The translations under genes and the position numbers were made by a program. A stretch of 64,000 bases of DNA from Stegostoma tigrinum (taxonomy: Eukaryota). The stretch spans positions 33,516,630 to 33,580,629 of the forward strand of contig NC_081374.1 in assembly GCF_030684315.1 (NCBI RefSeq), read 5' to 3'. Positions 24,609 to 38,269 of the stretch are shown here, in pieces (position 1 is the stretch's first letter; every line of letters begins with the position of its first letter). A model generated the notes under the pieces. The model saw nothing but the letters and a program-made list of their open reading frames with translations, was not told the DNA's origin and did not search any database.

Positions 24609-25992
24609 GATAGAGAATAAAAAGAAAGATCCGTCATTGTGGAAGTCAGGAGGGATCTATAATACTGGATTTTACAACTTCCTATTGGTTGTGTTTTCCC
24701 TAGGGGATAAGGAGACATAAAATATGTCAAACTATACCCCTTTGGGAAAGTGGCAGGTGGGTAGACCACTTACTGAGCACCTTTCTTTTCCAGTGATATG
24801 CCAATTAAGGGACTCGACCTCCTTCCAAATGCATTAAACATAGATCTAACGGAAGCAAGCCAGAGGACACAGGCCATGTTTGGAAGTCTTGTTTTGAAAA
24901 GGCTGGCAGAAAGCATGGGGAAATGACAATTAGTGACTACCCTGTGCATATCAGAGGTGCTCTACCCCCACAACCTTTATCCTCCTGCCTGTCCTCCAAA
25001 ACTCACCAGCCTCAATTCCCTAATGTGCTTGCTCCCTTCCTGCTTTATAAGCCAGCAATCCAATTCATTCTGCTTACCTTTTATTCTTCCTGGATGTACC
25101 TGCAGTCCCATCAGTGCACATTATTGGGTTCTGGCAATGCTGCAGTGCCTCTACAACTGTTGATAACCAGATTGGTTAGTAGCTCTCAAGGGCGGAACTT
25201 CATGTCCGATGCGGGGCAGAAGCCGAACACTGGACTTCTTTATGTTAGTCCCAGCAGGGAACAGCAGTTTTGCTGAGGGGGAAGGCTTTTTCAGGGCTAG
25301 CACATTGTGGACTGGCTTTTATTCTAACATATGAGTAAACTGCAGCACACCCTGCACCCACACAAACACCTCTTCCAGCATGTCACCCATCCCCATGCAG
25401 CCCTGTAGTTGGTAGTTAATGTAGGAGACAGATTGAACCCCAGTCAAAACAAGGAATTATTAAGCCAATGCAATATCTGCTTTAGAATCTAATGTAGCAC
25501 ATTAGTCAGGCTGGATTAATGGAATAAGTGTGCATTAGTTGAATTAATTTCTGATTATATTTGGTATGGCTGATATTACCCTGTTATACATATAATCTAT
25601 AATTTGTTTTGTAACAATCTGGAGTTATGTAAACTGAAGTAAAGGCACTGATCTTACAAACTTTTATGCCAAGCTAGGACTCCATTGACACAATTCTTAC
25701 AACATTAGACGAATGCATTTAATGGCATCTGAAAGATATATTTTGTCAAGGCATGAAACTCCTTGAAGGTGGTTGCAAATTTCAAACTCAACAAAAAAAA
25801 TTTGCAAAATTACGTGCAAAAAAATATATAAACATCAAAACAATGTCAGAAAGTTGGCCTTGGGAGGAAGCTGGTACCATATTAGGTGAGATGTAACGTA
25901 GGATGAGGGATCTCTTACTCCTCAGTCATTCAGCCATTTCGTTTATGCAGGTAATTTCATCCTATTCATGTAAACAGGAACAAAAGCAGGAC

Positions 25993-26203
25993 AACAAAGT
26001 GTGAAGCTGGATGAACACAGCAGGCCAAGCAGCATCTTAGGAGCACAAAAGCTGACGTTTCGGGCCTAGACCCTTCATCGGTCTAGGCCCGAAACGTCAG
26101 CATTTGTGCTCCTGAGATGCTGCTTGGTCTGCTGTGTTCATCCAGCTTCACACTTTTGTTATCTTGGATTCTCCAGCATCTGCAGTTCCCATCATCTCTG
26201 ATC
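25993..26203. mobile_element. Miniature fold-back PLE 3'-end insertion
   Basis: Arms meet at cccttcatc|ggtctaggcccgaaacgtc (about 26079), 43-nt tail on the right (26161-26203). TSD acaaaagcaggac (25980-25992) / acaagagcaggac (26204-26216). Confidence 0.9.
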
Positions 26204-26560
26204 ACAAGAGCAGGACGTTCAGTTTTTCAAGCCAATTCTACCATTCAATAAAATCATAGCTTATCTGATTGTAACATCAACTCTACATTCCTGTGTGTCC
26301 CTGATTAATCTTTCAACCTCTTAGTTATCAAGAATCTATTCATTCCTGCCCTAAAAATATTTTTAATGTTTCTGTATCCACTGCCTTTTAAGGAAGGAAA
26401 TTCCAAAGATTCACAAAGATATTTTCTTCATTTGTCTTAAATGGCACTGACTTATTTTAAACTGTGAAGTTCTAGATTCTTTCCACAAGATGAAGCATTG
26501 GCATCCATACTGTTAAGTCCCCTCAGGATTTTGTGTTTCAGTCAACGCAATCTTAACATT
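26204..26560 (-). mobile_element. Old CR1 3' UTR fragment (host of the 25993 insertion)
   Basis: ccattcaataaaatcatagcttatctg...ttccaaagattcaca...ctagattc, a typical reverse-strand CR1 3' end. Confidence 0.7.
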
Positions 26561-26867
26561 TGAGGAACGTTTTCTAACCCTTCTTTGCTCTGGGTATATA
26601 GTTTTAACAAACCATGGACTCGAAATAGAATAAAAATTGTTTGTACATTAAACGAGTGATAGCAAATCTGCCATTCATCTCATTTGAATCAAAAATAGCA
26701 ACTGCTGGAGAAACTCAGCATTTCTTTTGTTTCAGCTCTTCAGCATCCACAGTTTTTATTTGTGTGTTTTACTTTAATCACATTTTGTTGGCTTATCTCC
26801 AGGGCTGAAAATGAGACAACTGATTTAACATTGGCAGTTTAATATTTGAGTTTCAATGAATCCTATT

Positions 26868-27129
26868 GAGTCATTTAGCCCATTGAGCCCACAATAACCC
26901 TCCAAAGAGCATCCAACCCAGACCCATCTCCCCACCTATCCCTGTAACCCTGCATTTCCCTTGGCTAATCCACCTAGCTTTCACATCTTTGGACTGTGGG
27001 AGGAAATCCTCGCATTCACAGGGAGGATGTGTGCAAACCCCACACAGGCAGCCACCCAGGGCTGGAACCAAACACGAGTCCCTGGGTCTGTGAGGCAGTT
27101 ATGCTAATCACTGAGCCACCGTGTCGCCT
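26868..27129 (-). mobile_element. tRNA-derived SINE (HE1-like)
   Basis: cacatctttggactgtgggaggaaa...ctgtgaggcagttatgctaatcactgagccaccgtg. Confidence 0.88.
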
Positions 27130-28989
27130 AATCCAGGGAGTTGAGCTGCCATCAAACACCATGAACCTGACATGATTTGAACAGGCAATTCATTTCTAAA
27201 ACCACTGGCTCATTATGAGTTTAGAATATCTCAGATCCATGGTAATGGTTTCCATCACAATGCTACATTAAACCATCTTTATTCTTTGTCTAAAATTACT
27301 TCTGATGAGAATCTAATATGAACATACTGGATGTGAACTGATGGCTATGAAACAATTGCCTGATCTGAAGTCTTCCCAAAACTCCTGATGCCTGGATCAT
27401 CATGACCACACATTTCCTGAACCCTACTCTAGCCCTTGCAGGTACCTGAATTGGAAACAAAAATAGAATTCTTTTGGCCAATGAGGGGAACTACTCTGCA
27501 AAATTCTATTTTATTTCTTGAGGAGCTGAAACTGGGAAAGACAATTTCCAGGAGATCTCCAGGAAGGATAATCTCTCACATATTTACCAGATTATGCCGT
27601 TTCCATTGTGCTCAAAAAGATTGAAGGGCAGTTGAAAATTTAGGAAGCCATGACTTTTACTGGTAGGACTGCTGTGGCTGAAAACAGGAGGCAGGTTCCT
27701 GATGGTGGTCAATAGTTGGCCTTTCCCAAATCCACTGTTCCTGTTAAGGATGGTAGACCATCTTCAAGAGTTGCCACCCAATCAGATGACCAGTGGTTCA
27801 GCACCCAGTATAACGCATGTGCTACTAATGCCCCTTTCTTTGACTGAGCTGCAGCGTTAGGACTCTTCATTGGCTAAGTATCCTTAGAGTTAATTGGGAT
27901 CTAGGGATGTTGGGGCCTGACAGACAGAATCTCTCAATGGACAGGTGGTAATGCCATTTTCAATGTTGTAAGACATCTGTTCGAACCATCGAATGCCCAA
28001 AACTGTGCTGAACTCATTGCAACTCAGCCATTTTTCACTGGATGACCTCCCCATGCAGTGCAGGGCTTCCTCTCCTGATGTGAAGAACAATGCCCACAAA
28101 GGTGACAAGTGGTCTTTAATTGACCACTTCCGTGACTCATCTGGGTGTTTGGCCAATGGATTGTCTGCAACCTTTCCTGCGACTGACAAAATTAGATAAA
28201 AATGGGAACATATCAGATGCGCTGCCTGATGCCTCTCTATTATTTTGCATCTTCCCACCTCCAAGCCCATCACTAAGTGTTTGGTAAAAGTTTGCCTCAT
28301 GGAACTGCCACTTGAAAAATGGAGAGAAGCTAGAATAAAACTCAAAGATAAACCAAAGTGAAATAATATCCCAAGTGTTTCACCATATTTCTGAAAATAA
28401 TTGGTGCTACTCGTTCATACCTTATTTTTGTTTTAATTGCACAGATAACTTTGAGGAAGAACTCTGCTAAAATTTAATTAAAATAATGTTATATCTTTTT
28501 ATTATTTACAATTCATTACAAATCTACTGTTAGACTGTTGACCTTAAGCAACAGCTGGAATCAAAACAAATAAGTGCCTATCTTTAACTTCACATTGGCA
28601 AATTATGATGGGTGTGGTTGTGAGCCCACAAATAATTTAAGGCTTTTATTCATGAATATTTAACTTTGAAACTCTTTAAAGTTCATCAAGTTAACACTTG
28701 TCAGCAGATGTGCCGTAGAGCAATTCCAGTTGAAAAACTAAAGCAGATAAATGTATTTAAGATAAATGTATGACAAATCTAGAGCAGAAGATTTATCATT
28801 AATTGGATATTTTCCAAAACAACAGCTATTAATTTTCATGATGCTGTTTCTACTTGGCAACACAATGTTAAGTTTACAGTTTAGATTGATCAATGCAGTA
28901 TGATACTTCACTGCCATAAGTATCAGATTGAAGATTAAAGATGCAAGAAAATCACTGTTCTATGGTTCCATTGATGAGGATTTTGTCAC

Positions 28990-29330
28990 CATGGCATCAA
29001 ACACTCAAGCTTTTTCCAATAGACAGGAAAAGAAGGTAAGATATTAAAAGTAGTCATCTTGTAGATTTCTCCCACTGCCAGGCACTAGTGAAAGTTAGAT
29101 TAACAAGATAGGGGAGATCGATGAGTGGCTCAGGGAATAAAACAAGAGGGAGAGCTTCAAATTCATGGGTCATTACAACCAGTACAGGGATGGGAAGAAT
29201 CTAATCAAAAGGAAATGTCTGCATCTCAACAGGGTCAATATTCTCATTTGGAAGATTCACTAATGTGTGAGGTCATAGGTATCTAGAAGTAGACAAAGCA
29301 ATGTAAATCATAAAATGAGTGTTGGAGTGT
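28990..29330 (+). mobile_element. CR1 ORF1 (SGNH/esterase-like) relic
   Basis: gatgagtggctcagg..gagggagagcttcaaattcatgggtcatt..ctgcatctcaacagg, resembling WL..W...EGF.F.GHW...GLHLN. Confidence 0.6.
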
Positions 29331-29710
29331 TCTAAAGAAAGGGATACAAAATTAGATAGGGGCAGACTGACTGAGAATCATAAGCCTTTGAATAAATTCA
29401 CATAGCTGCATAAAGGTAAGAATCGTATGAGACTCTGATTGATGTGGAAAATGGTGAGATGAGTGGTAGAATTAAGCAGGATGATTGTCTCCACTTTGAG
29501 ATCATCTTGCCACAACTTCCTTGTTTTCCTTTAAGCTGTGTGGCGAGATTCTCACCAGGGTGTGGCAAGCTGCCAACTGATTATAAGACATGGGGACAGA
29601 AATAGGCCATTCAGCCCATTCGATGTGCTCTGATCTTGCCTATTAAATAGCTTGTTAGCAGTCTAACTTGCTCCTGGTTGTGATCGTATCAAATTTGCTG
29701 TAGAAACTTC

Positions 29711-29930
29711 AGAGATAGCAGGTACTGCACACGCTCGAGTCAGTCAACCCTGTGTGGAGCTGGGCAAACAGCAGATCAGGCAGCATCAGAGGAACAGGCT
29801 AGTCAATGTTTTGGATTGGGACCCTTCATCAGAAGGGATCTTTTGAACAATCTCAATCCAAAACGTTGACTTTCCCGTTCCTCCTCTGCTGCCTGACCTG
29901 TTGTGTTCCTCCAGCTCCACACTGTGTTGA
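29711..29930. mobile_element. Older miniature fold-back PLE 3'-end insertion
   Basis: Minus arm with tail 29711-29833 (ending gggacccttcatcaga); plus arm about 29851-29930 (tctcaatccaaaacgttgac...ccagctccacactgtgttgac). No convincing TSD. Confidence 0.75.
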
Positions 29931-30702
29931 CATTGGGAAAACTTGGGGTTTTTTTGAAACTGTTGGCATTAGTTGCCTTTTGCTTTTCTTCCTGTCACCA
30001 ACATGTTTCCCTCTGACCTTGCCTGTTTATCTAAGATAAACTTTTTTCAAATTGAGTGTCAGGACCCAAGCAGGGTCAGAAGCACCATTGGCCACTATGC
30101 AGCTCAACTCACTTACTCCTGATAGTCACAGGTCTTTTAGTCTCTCTGCCCACTCCTCCCATTAGTTTTCTCACTCCAATGCCCACTCTCATTACTCAGA
30201 GGGGTCACAGCAATTTTCAAGCCCCAGAAAAGGGCCACAATGTGGGAAAAACATGGGAAGCACTGGTCTCAGGCATAACTCTGAAATTAAATAATCCATT
30301 TGGTTCTCCTCTACATTGTAACTGTAGCATGAGCCAAACTTCCTTCTTTTCATGCACACTGTGTCATTAGAATATTAAATCCTTCACACAATGTTTAGTA
30401 CTCAATGTGTATTTGTCACTCAGGTTAGCTCATAATAAATTGGAGGATTCTATGTAGAAAGTATAAACAACCTTGAACGTATTTATATTCCTTATATGTG
30501 TTTATATAACATTAACGGAAATACTCAAACAATCTCCCATCTGTTGATATGTTTCATGTCGAATTTGTTTGTTTATGAGGAAATTTGCATATTTCTATCA
30601 AGTTTGCACCAAATTATAGAAGTTTCAATTCCTGAGTAGAACAGTGAAATTGCTTCTGAAAAATATAGAATTCAATTTCTGAAAGCAGCAACTAATAAGT
30701 GA

Positions 30703-30786
30703 TAATAAGTTGTAGAGCACAGCTGGCCAAGCAGCATCAGAGGAGCAGGAAAGCTGACGTTTCAGGTCTGGACCCTTCTTGAAGAA
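30703..30786 (-). mobile_element. PLE 3'-end fragment truncated at the HHR motif
   Basis: gcagcatcagaggagcaggaaagctgacgtttcaggtctggacccttctt; direct repeat taataagtga at 30693 and 30787. Confidence 0.75.
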
Positions 30787-33705
30787 TAATAAGTGAAATC
30801 CTTTGACATTAGCTATGTATTTTGTTCTTTAGCAAGATATAGATGCTGCTTTTTTTAAAAAAACAGGAATAAAAGTTATGACTAGTTTTTTCTCTGGCTC
30901 TGCTTATAGCATTTGGCTTTCATCATAGGCACAACAGTGATTTATATAAAGTATTTAACTTTGACAGAGTTTTTTTCATGACTGCAGCCTCCCTTTTGAC
31001 ACTGACATTGAAGAGCTCTATAATCTATGGGTGGGGGTTTGATGGTGGGGGAAAACTCAAAGCAACGTTGCCACAAGAATAGAATGTGATGATTTTACAG
31101 CAAAAAGAGAGCAGTGAAATCGAGGAACTCACTACCACTGGGACTAGTTGAGGCAAATCGTATTGATGTATTTAAATGAAAGTGAACAAGCGCACAGCAG
31201 AAAAGGGAATAAAGAACTATGCTAATGGCGTTGGATGACAAAGGATTAAGGATGCTGCTAATACTGAAAAGGATTGGTTGGAGCAGCTAGTCTGCTCTGT
31301 GCTGTGCCTTCTATGTTTTTTTAAAAAAAATCAATGACAGAAAAAGCATAAGAATAATATTTGAAAATTAAATGTAGATTTCTATAATAATTGCTATTGT
31401 GTATGTATACTCTGATAACATTAAGAGATTCCTGGAAAGGCCATTTGTCAAGATGACTCATGGCCATGGAGATATAAATGAGCTCCCGACCTCTTTCAAT
31501 TTCCAGGGTTGGAGGTGGTTGCATCATGTAAGTGGACCAATGTGAGTGAGATACTTGTTTCAGCCGACGAGCACCTTTACTTCATCATTTACTAGTCATG
31601 CTTTCCTTTTTCTTTTGGAAAAATGTCACACTTTAAATTTACCACTTTCCCAAACACACTCCTGGGGGAATCTAGCCCTTCAAAGAAAAATGGGTCAAAC
31701 TTGTATGAAATATAATCCCAGCACCACAGCTCATTGCATTACACAATGGCATTGGAGGCATAGGAAGTGAAAATGCTAGCGCTTATAACAAATGAAGTCA
31801 TGCTGTCAGTTTCACCTGTGTGTGAAACACCCATCAGGTACCCCACAAGAAACAACTCAATACAGTATCAGACTGTATTTTGTCTTGGCTGAAAAGGTCC
31901 AATTGTTTATCAAAAAATAGTAGCCTTCAGTGTTAGCATCCTAGGAATTTTAAGGCTTTCATCTTTGTATTATAAAGCTTAGGGGAAAAGAGTGGCTGTT
32001 TTATTTTTCTTAAATTTGAATCAAATCTTGTATCTTTCAAAATGACACTGATGATTTGCCAAGTTAACACTCAAGAATATATTTCAAAAACGAATCACTC
32101 GTATCTGCAACCTATAACCACATTTTGCCTGAATAGCCAAAGCTCCACCTTCCTCCCATACTAGAACAATAAACAAGAGATATTTTAATTTCCTTACATA
32201 CTTATGCAATATTTTTGAACAACCATACTTCTGCAGGTTAAATGGAGAAAAATATGCTGATATTTGGAAACCTATATCACAGATTGGAGCTGTCTCTATA
32301 AAAACTAATTATTGCCTCTTGGAGATGATCTGGCCTATCCTTAGAAAAATTGATATGAATCTTCTGCAATTGTACAAAAATATGTTTTGATGTATTAATT
32401 AAACACTTTTGGCTGGTAACTTCCATAAATATTAACTGCATTTATTTATCTTTCATACAGTCTGTAAAGTAGAAAATATTACCTAGATGGCTTTAAATTA
32501 CAGATACAAATTCTCTGATTTTTAAATATAGTCAATGGGATGCTGAAAATGTATTAAATTTGTTTGGTATCTAATTGCTGTGGTTAAGTAGAAAGACTCA
32601 TCATGTTATTATTTAAATATGGACGTTCAAGTAAACTTTTTTTCTCCCATTTTGATGCTTTATTCTTTGCTGTATAGAGAGCAAACAAAGGCATAACAGC
32701 TGAAGCATGCGATGCCTTCTCAATCTCCCTGGTAAAATTTTATACCATTTCTTTCACCAACTTCCCAATTCTTCCCAAAGAATCCGCAAGAAAAAATAAA
32801 GCGGTAATTGCACTATTTTGTTCTTATTAAATTTTGTATCACTTTCGAGCATGGAAACTGAAAGTAGGCAGTGCCCACTGAGACTGACATAGACGAATCC
32901 TTTTATATTTTGAAATAATTCTCTAGGCTGAGATTTCTTAAAATGTAACATGCAATGATATCAAATGGCTCCAAAATTGAATATTTCTTTTCTCTTGAAT
33001 CTGCACTGCTTCTGTGCTATTTTAATACAAGGGTTGACTTTTTATGAAAAACTGCTAGAAAAGAACTTGCTTGAAATTGTTTACAGTATAAGAGGAAGTT
33101 ATTTATTCTACCATCTCCAAGTTAATGGCATGTTTAAACTAATCCCACCACAATGGACTTTGGCTAAACCATTTCCTGTAGCAAAGAATTCTATACTCTG
33201 ATTCCCATGAGGAATAAAATATCCTAACCATTGTTTTTCCTTTCTTTTGAGGCATTTTAAATTAATAAACACTTAATTTAAAAGTCTGGATATGAACAAT
33301 GACAGTATTAAAGAGATTATTTTAAATATCAACATCCAAAGAATATGTATTTTATGTCTATAAAACATATGGTTGTTCTTTTTCTAAAATAATTGGTGAT
33401 TAAGTTAATATTACATTAGTAGCCTCAAAACTGTTGAAAGTTCCAACCCATTCTGGTCAAAAGTGAAGGAAGGTGGAGAGGTGTGATAAACCAAAAAAAA
33501 AGCAGATGTTTTTGAGGGCATTTGGGACACAGTTGAAATGTCCCTATCTCTGACCACATGGCCAAGGTTGAAATCCCACCTGTTCTGGGCATGTTGTAAT
33601 ATGTCTGAACATGTTGATTTAAAAATTATCTGGATAGGTAAGATTGAAGCTGATCCATGTGCTGAATTATAGTTCGGCAATAAAACAAGTGCAATTTTGT
33701 TGTAA

Positions 33706-33798
33706 GATATAACAGTATGGAGCTGGAGGAACACAGCAGGTCAGGCAGCATCAGGGGAGCAGGAAAGCTGATGTTTCGGGTTGGGACCCTTCTTCAGA
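33706..33798 (-). mobile_element. PLE 3'-end fragment truncated just upstream of the HHR motif
   Basis: ggagctggaggaacacagcagg...gatgtttcgggttgggacccttcttcaga. Confidence 0.8.
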
Positions 33799-33799
33799 A

Positions 33800-34330
33800 A
33801 AAATTGTCCAGATCTTGTTGCACTGAAACCGGGCATATTCAAGTATCTGAGAATTATGAATGCTGAACATTCCCAATTCAGGCCTTATAATGGAGGGAAG
33901 GTCATTGATTAAAGCAGCTGAAGATGGATAGGCCAAAGCTAGCACCTTGCTGGACTCCTGAAAAGATGTCCTGGAGCTGAGATGACTGATCTCCAACAGC
34001 CACAACCATTTTCCTATGTGCCAGGTATGACTCCAATTAGCATAGATTTTGACTCCTGATGCACATTGATTTTAGTTTTTCTGGGACACCTTGATGCCAC
34101 ACTGATTCGATACGGCCTTGATGACAAAGGCTGTCACACTCGCCACATTGCTAGAATGCAGCTTCTTTGTCTATGTTTGAAACAAGGCTTCAATGAGGTC
34201 AGGAGCTGAGTGGCCCTGACAGAACCCAAACTGGGTGCCACTGAGCAGGCTATTTCTGGGCAGGTGCTGCTTGATAGCACTGTTGATGATACTTTCTATC
34301 ACTTTACTGATGATTGGGGTGATAATTGGC
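33800..34330 (-). mobile_element. CR1/L2-group LINE RT fragment
   Basis: ORF 34171..34431 IISKVIESIINSAIKQHL..QFGFCQGHSAPDLI; INDLPSIIR. Confidence 0.85.
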
Positions 34331-37206
34331 CCCATGTTGGATGTATCCTGTTTATCAAAATCTTCCACTGTCTTATTTCTACGAATAGTACCTGCCATCA
34401 AACATTCTATTGGTTGATTTTTTGCAAACAAAATGTTCTGATGCCAGTTATCCAGAGAAGCCTACAAATGGAATTGGGCAGTTAGCTATTCTATGAGATT
34501 AAAGCGGAATTGAGGCCTAATACCATACACTCATCTCTGCTGATATCCCTTAACAACATTTTCAGACAAAATTCTCTCAAAGCTACATCTAGCATCTTTT
34601 TCATGGAGGTGTGCTTCTTAATTTCCTGAATGATCTCACTCTCATTTTCTTTGGCTATTCCATGTTTATCAAACTTAATTAGCATGAATAGTTTTGACTA
34701 ATCTACACTCTAATTTGTTAATATCTTGAAATATTTAATTTAAACTAGCCCTTATACTTCAAATTCAGGGAAAATAAGTCTCGTTTGTTTCGACTGCCCT
34801 CGCAGATTAACTGCTGAAGTCCAGGTAATATTTGAATAAATCTATACTCCATTCTACTTGTTGGAAACATTTCTGGATACAGTCTTGTGGGCTTACAATT
34901 TGTACCACTTTGTTCTGGATTTAGAAGAGTTTAGCTGGGCAACAAGCCTTTGATTGGCCAAGTTGCTGGTTAACATGGATTCTGCGATCAAAGCAAAATA
35001 GAAGAGGTTTGCAGCATCTAAGTTCCCTTGCTCTGAAAAAATGTTCTCTCCAACTCTGTCTGAACAGCATGGCAAAATTACATCCAGAGTTGCTTAAAAT
35101 AAAGAATTCTAAAATCCAAAGGGAGAGAAATATCTTGGGTCTGACCAAGCAAACAGTGACCTAAAGACTGATCTTTGCGATACTTCTTGATATACATCAA
35201 GGCTTTTTTATAAAAAGCAAAAGGATTGTAAATTTAGCTAAACTAGTTTAATACCCCTCCATTCATAACATCTGCATTTTGTTACTAAGCAAACCTGGTC
35301 AGTTTTGCTTTTATCCTGAGTGGACTAAACCAGAGACAAAGTTGGGTTTGTGTCAGTTTCATTACATCTTAATAGATGTCATGACCCCAAGATTAATGGA
35401 GCCTGATTTCCAGTGGATTATGACACATTACTCATAAATAAAAGACATGGGTATCACCTGGGCACAAGATGGTTGGCAATTTTTTTTTCCTAAGTGAAGT
35501 TCAATGTGGTGGATCTCTATGGGAATGGGCTGTTGGGGTACTGTGATGGGACAAGGGAGCACAAAGACTCTGCCAATGATATCTACACTGAGTTGTGTTC
35601 TCTGCCATCATATCATGTTCTTCGGATGCTAAGTGCAACTAAAAAAATGGCTCAGATGATGTCCAGGTGGGCAGAGTTAGTATCGCGTAGAAGTGCGGGA
35701 TCTATGTTGACTAGATGATGAGACAACGAAGTACAAATTAAAGAGGCATGATTTGCCAACTCCAGCTATATTTAATTTTCGAACATTTCTTTGCACATTT
35801 GCATGTAGAATTAAAATGCTTTTGCATCAAATGTTGGTCAAAGGCAAATTGCACTTTGCCTTTTCTGACAGTAATTTAAAAGGTATCAACTGCTGCGTAA
35901 AAGAATTCTGTCACTTGTAAAACTTCCAAGGGTGCAGTGAGATGAGGAGCAGCACTTCTTCTTAGCTGTGTAAGTGTGACATTGGACTCTACTGAATGCA
36001 ATGGAAAATGGAATGGTTGAGGTGGGTCTTGGGTAGAATGGGGTCGGAGCACAACGGGCACTCTCGTTTGATGCAACATTCTGGGCACTCAGATGGTGTA
36101 ACACTTTTTCATCAGGTTAGTGCAGATATTACAACCAGGGCTGCAGTGGAGCTGACCACAGGGCAGGTCATGACCTGATTCCGCTGCTTGGAGCAAATGG
36201 GGTTTGGAGTTTTGGGCGGGGGGGGGCGGGCGCGCGGGAGGGTGAGGGCATTGGGAGGGGAGGGGAGGGCCTCCACTTTCACCTGAACAGTTTGCTGCAC
36301 CGCCCTGGTGTGCCATATTCTGCACAACTGGAGCAAGTAATAACACAAAATGATAGTTACAGAGGAGCAAGAGCATCCTTCTGAGAAGGATGAAGGAGGA
36401 GGAAGCTCTTGTTGTTGGCAAAGCTCAGCAGCATCAGATGCTATAAGGCAGACAGGATGTCATTCACTGCTGGTCCCAGTAGATGAGAAATTGGTGCAGA
36501 AGATCATCTTGGACTGTGAAAGTCAAGATGCCAGCATTGATTTGCAATGTGGGGACAAACTGTTTACTTTGACAATCACTGAACAGGAGCACAATGAAAG
36601 CTCATGTTTGGACATCCCATCTTGCCTATATGTAATGCTCGCTTACTGGACAACAACATGTAGGTGACCACTGGAAAATGGGGAAACAATAACAGGGTCT
36701 CAGTGTTTGCAGATGGGATATGTCTAAGAACAAATAAAGTTAAACAGCAGCTCGGATAAGTGAATGGTGCTCCATGTGCAAGGAGGTACCAGCCATGCCA
36801 GCAGTGTGCCATTGGTAGTATGACTTTTGTGGCCGTTGTGCCATTATGCTACCAGAGAGGGGCAATGCCAGACTGCCAATGCTTGTCCAGGTATATAGCA
36901 GCCTCCAAAAGATGGTGCTGGCGCAAAGGATGCTGGATCTTGGCAAGTACCCACTGAGTGACAAGGTGCTTTAGGAGTAGCACCAGTGATAACATGAGGT
37001 GAGAATTAGATGTGAGGACTGCAGTAGTGGTGGGGTAAGTAGTTAATGAGATTTAAGAGCTAAGATACAGCAAGAAATCTTGCTGGCCCTCCAAGTTGAA
37101 TAGCCCTACACCTCACCACAATCCAACTTGGCCATAAGCACATAAGATTCAGCCCTTTCCCACATATCTCAACCTAACAATAAAGGCCAACACATTCAAA
37201 TGCTCA

Positions 37207-37457
37207 TTTAGAAAACAACTGCAGATAGTGGAAATGAGAAACAGAAATAGGAAAAAAGAAATTGCTAGGAAAACTCAACAAGTCTGGCAGCATCTGTGGC
37301 GAGCAAGCAGAGTTAACATTTCAGGCCCAGTAACTCTTCTTCAGAATGGACTCACTGAGCCTGCAATTGAAGAAAGGTCACAGGGCTCCAAACATTAATG
37401 CTGCTTTCTCTGCACAGAGGCTGCCAGATGTGCTGAGGTTTTCTAGCAATTTCTCTT
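37207..37457. mobile_element. Miniature fold-back insertion of a second PLE family
   Basis: gaaattgctaggaaaactcaacaagtctggcagcatctgtg (about 37258-37345) is inverted to cacagaggctgccagatgtgctgaggttttctagcaatttc (about 37368-37455); tail on the left. TSD ttcaaatgctca (37195-37206) / ttcaaatactca (37458-37469). Confidence 0.8.
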
Positions 37458-37524
37458 TTCAAATACTCAATATCAGAGGTTTTTTTTACAACTCATGCTA
37501 TTTTAGCTACAGAATGGTATCCAT

Positions 37525-38035
37525 AGCGACTGTTGATGCGTTTCTGAACTGAAAATAAAAAATGCAGGAAATCACAATGGGCCAGGCAGCATTCATGGAA
37601 AGAAAGCAAGCTAATGGTTTAAGTCTAGATGTCTCTTCATTAGAGCTAATATTAAATGTGGATGGGGTAGCATTTATGCATAGTGGGGGGTGGGTTGAAG
37701 TGCTGGGGGGGAGAGGCTGCTGATAGTACAGACGGGAATGTGGGAATGACCGAACAATGGTGTGTCTAGTTGCCAAACCAAAAGGAACAGATGCTCTCAT
37801 GGGAGTGGCATGAGGGGAGAGGGGAGAAGGGCCATGGTGACAGAGAATGCAACAAGTAAAGCTAAAAAAAAGGCAAGAAATGGGCGTGAGTTCATAATCT
37901 GAAGCTCAACATTGAGCTCAGAAGGTTGTAAAGTGCCAAATCTGAAGATGAGATGTTGTTCCTGCAGTTTACTTTGTGATTCAGTGGAGAATTACAGCGT
38001 GCTGAGGATGTACAAGTGGGCATGCAAGCAGGAGC
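37525..38035 (-). mobile_element. PLE 3' fragment (third family; endonuclease C-terminus + 3' UTR)
   Basis: Reverse strand encodes KLQEQHLIFRFGTLQPSELNV-like sequence; homologous to 43703-44400. Confidence 0.8.
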
Positions 38036-38269
38036 TTTTCACTATTTTTATTGTATTATTAACTGTAAAATACAAGTGACAATAAATAAATCATTCGTAA
38101 GAGATTCATCCTTTATTTGACATTTTGCCTCAGATATTGTATATTGACTAATTTGACAGCATCAGATTAATATCTCATGCACTCAAAGATGGCCTCTCCA
38201 ACATTATGACAGCACTGTAATATCAGTCTATATGCTACTGCTCAAACTGGAGTGGGAATTATATCTCAG

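Noticed and set aside
36205-36275. CpG-island promoter
   Set aside because: Only about 60 bp of GC-rich sequence with few CpGs, and no adjacent gene evidence.
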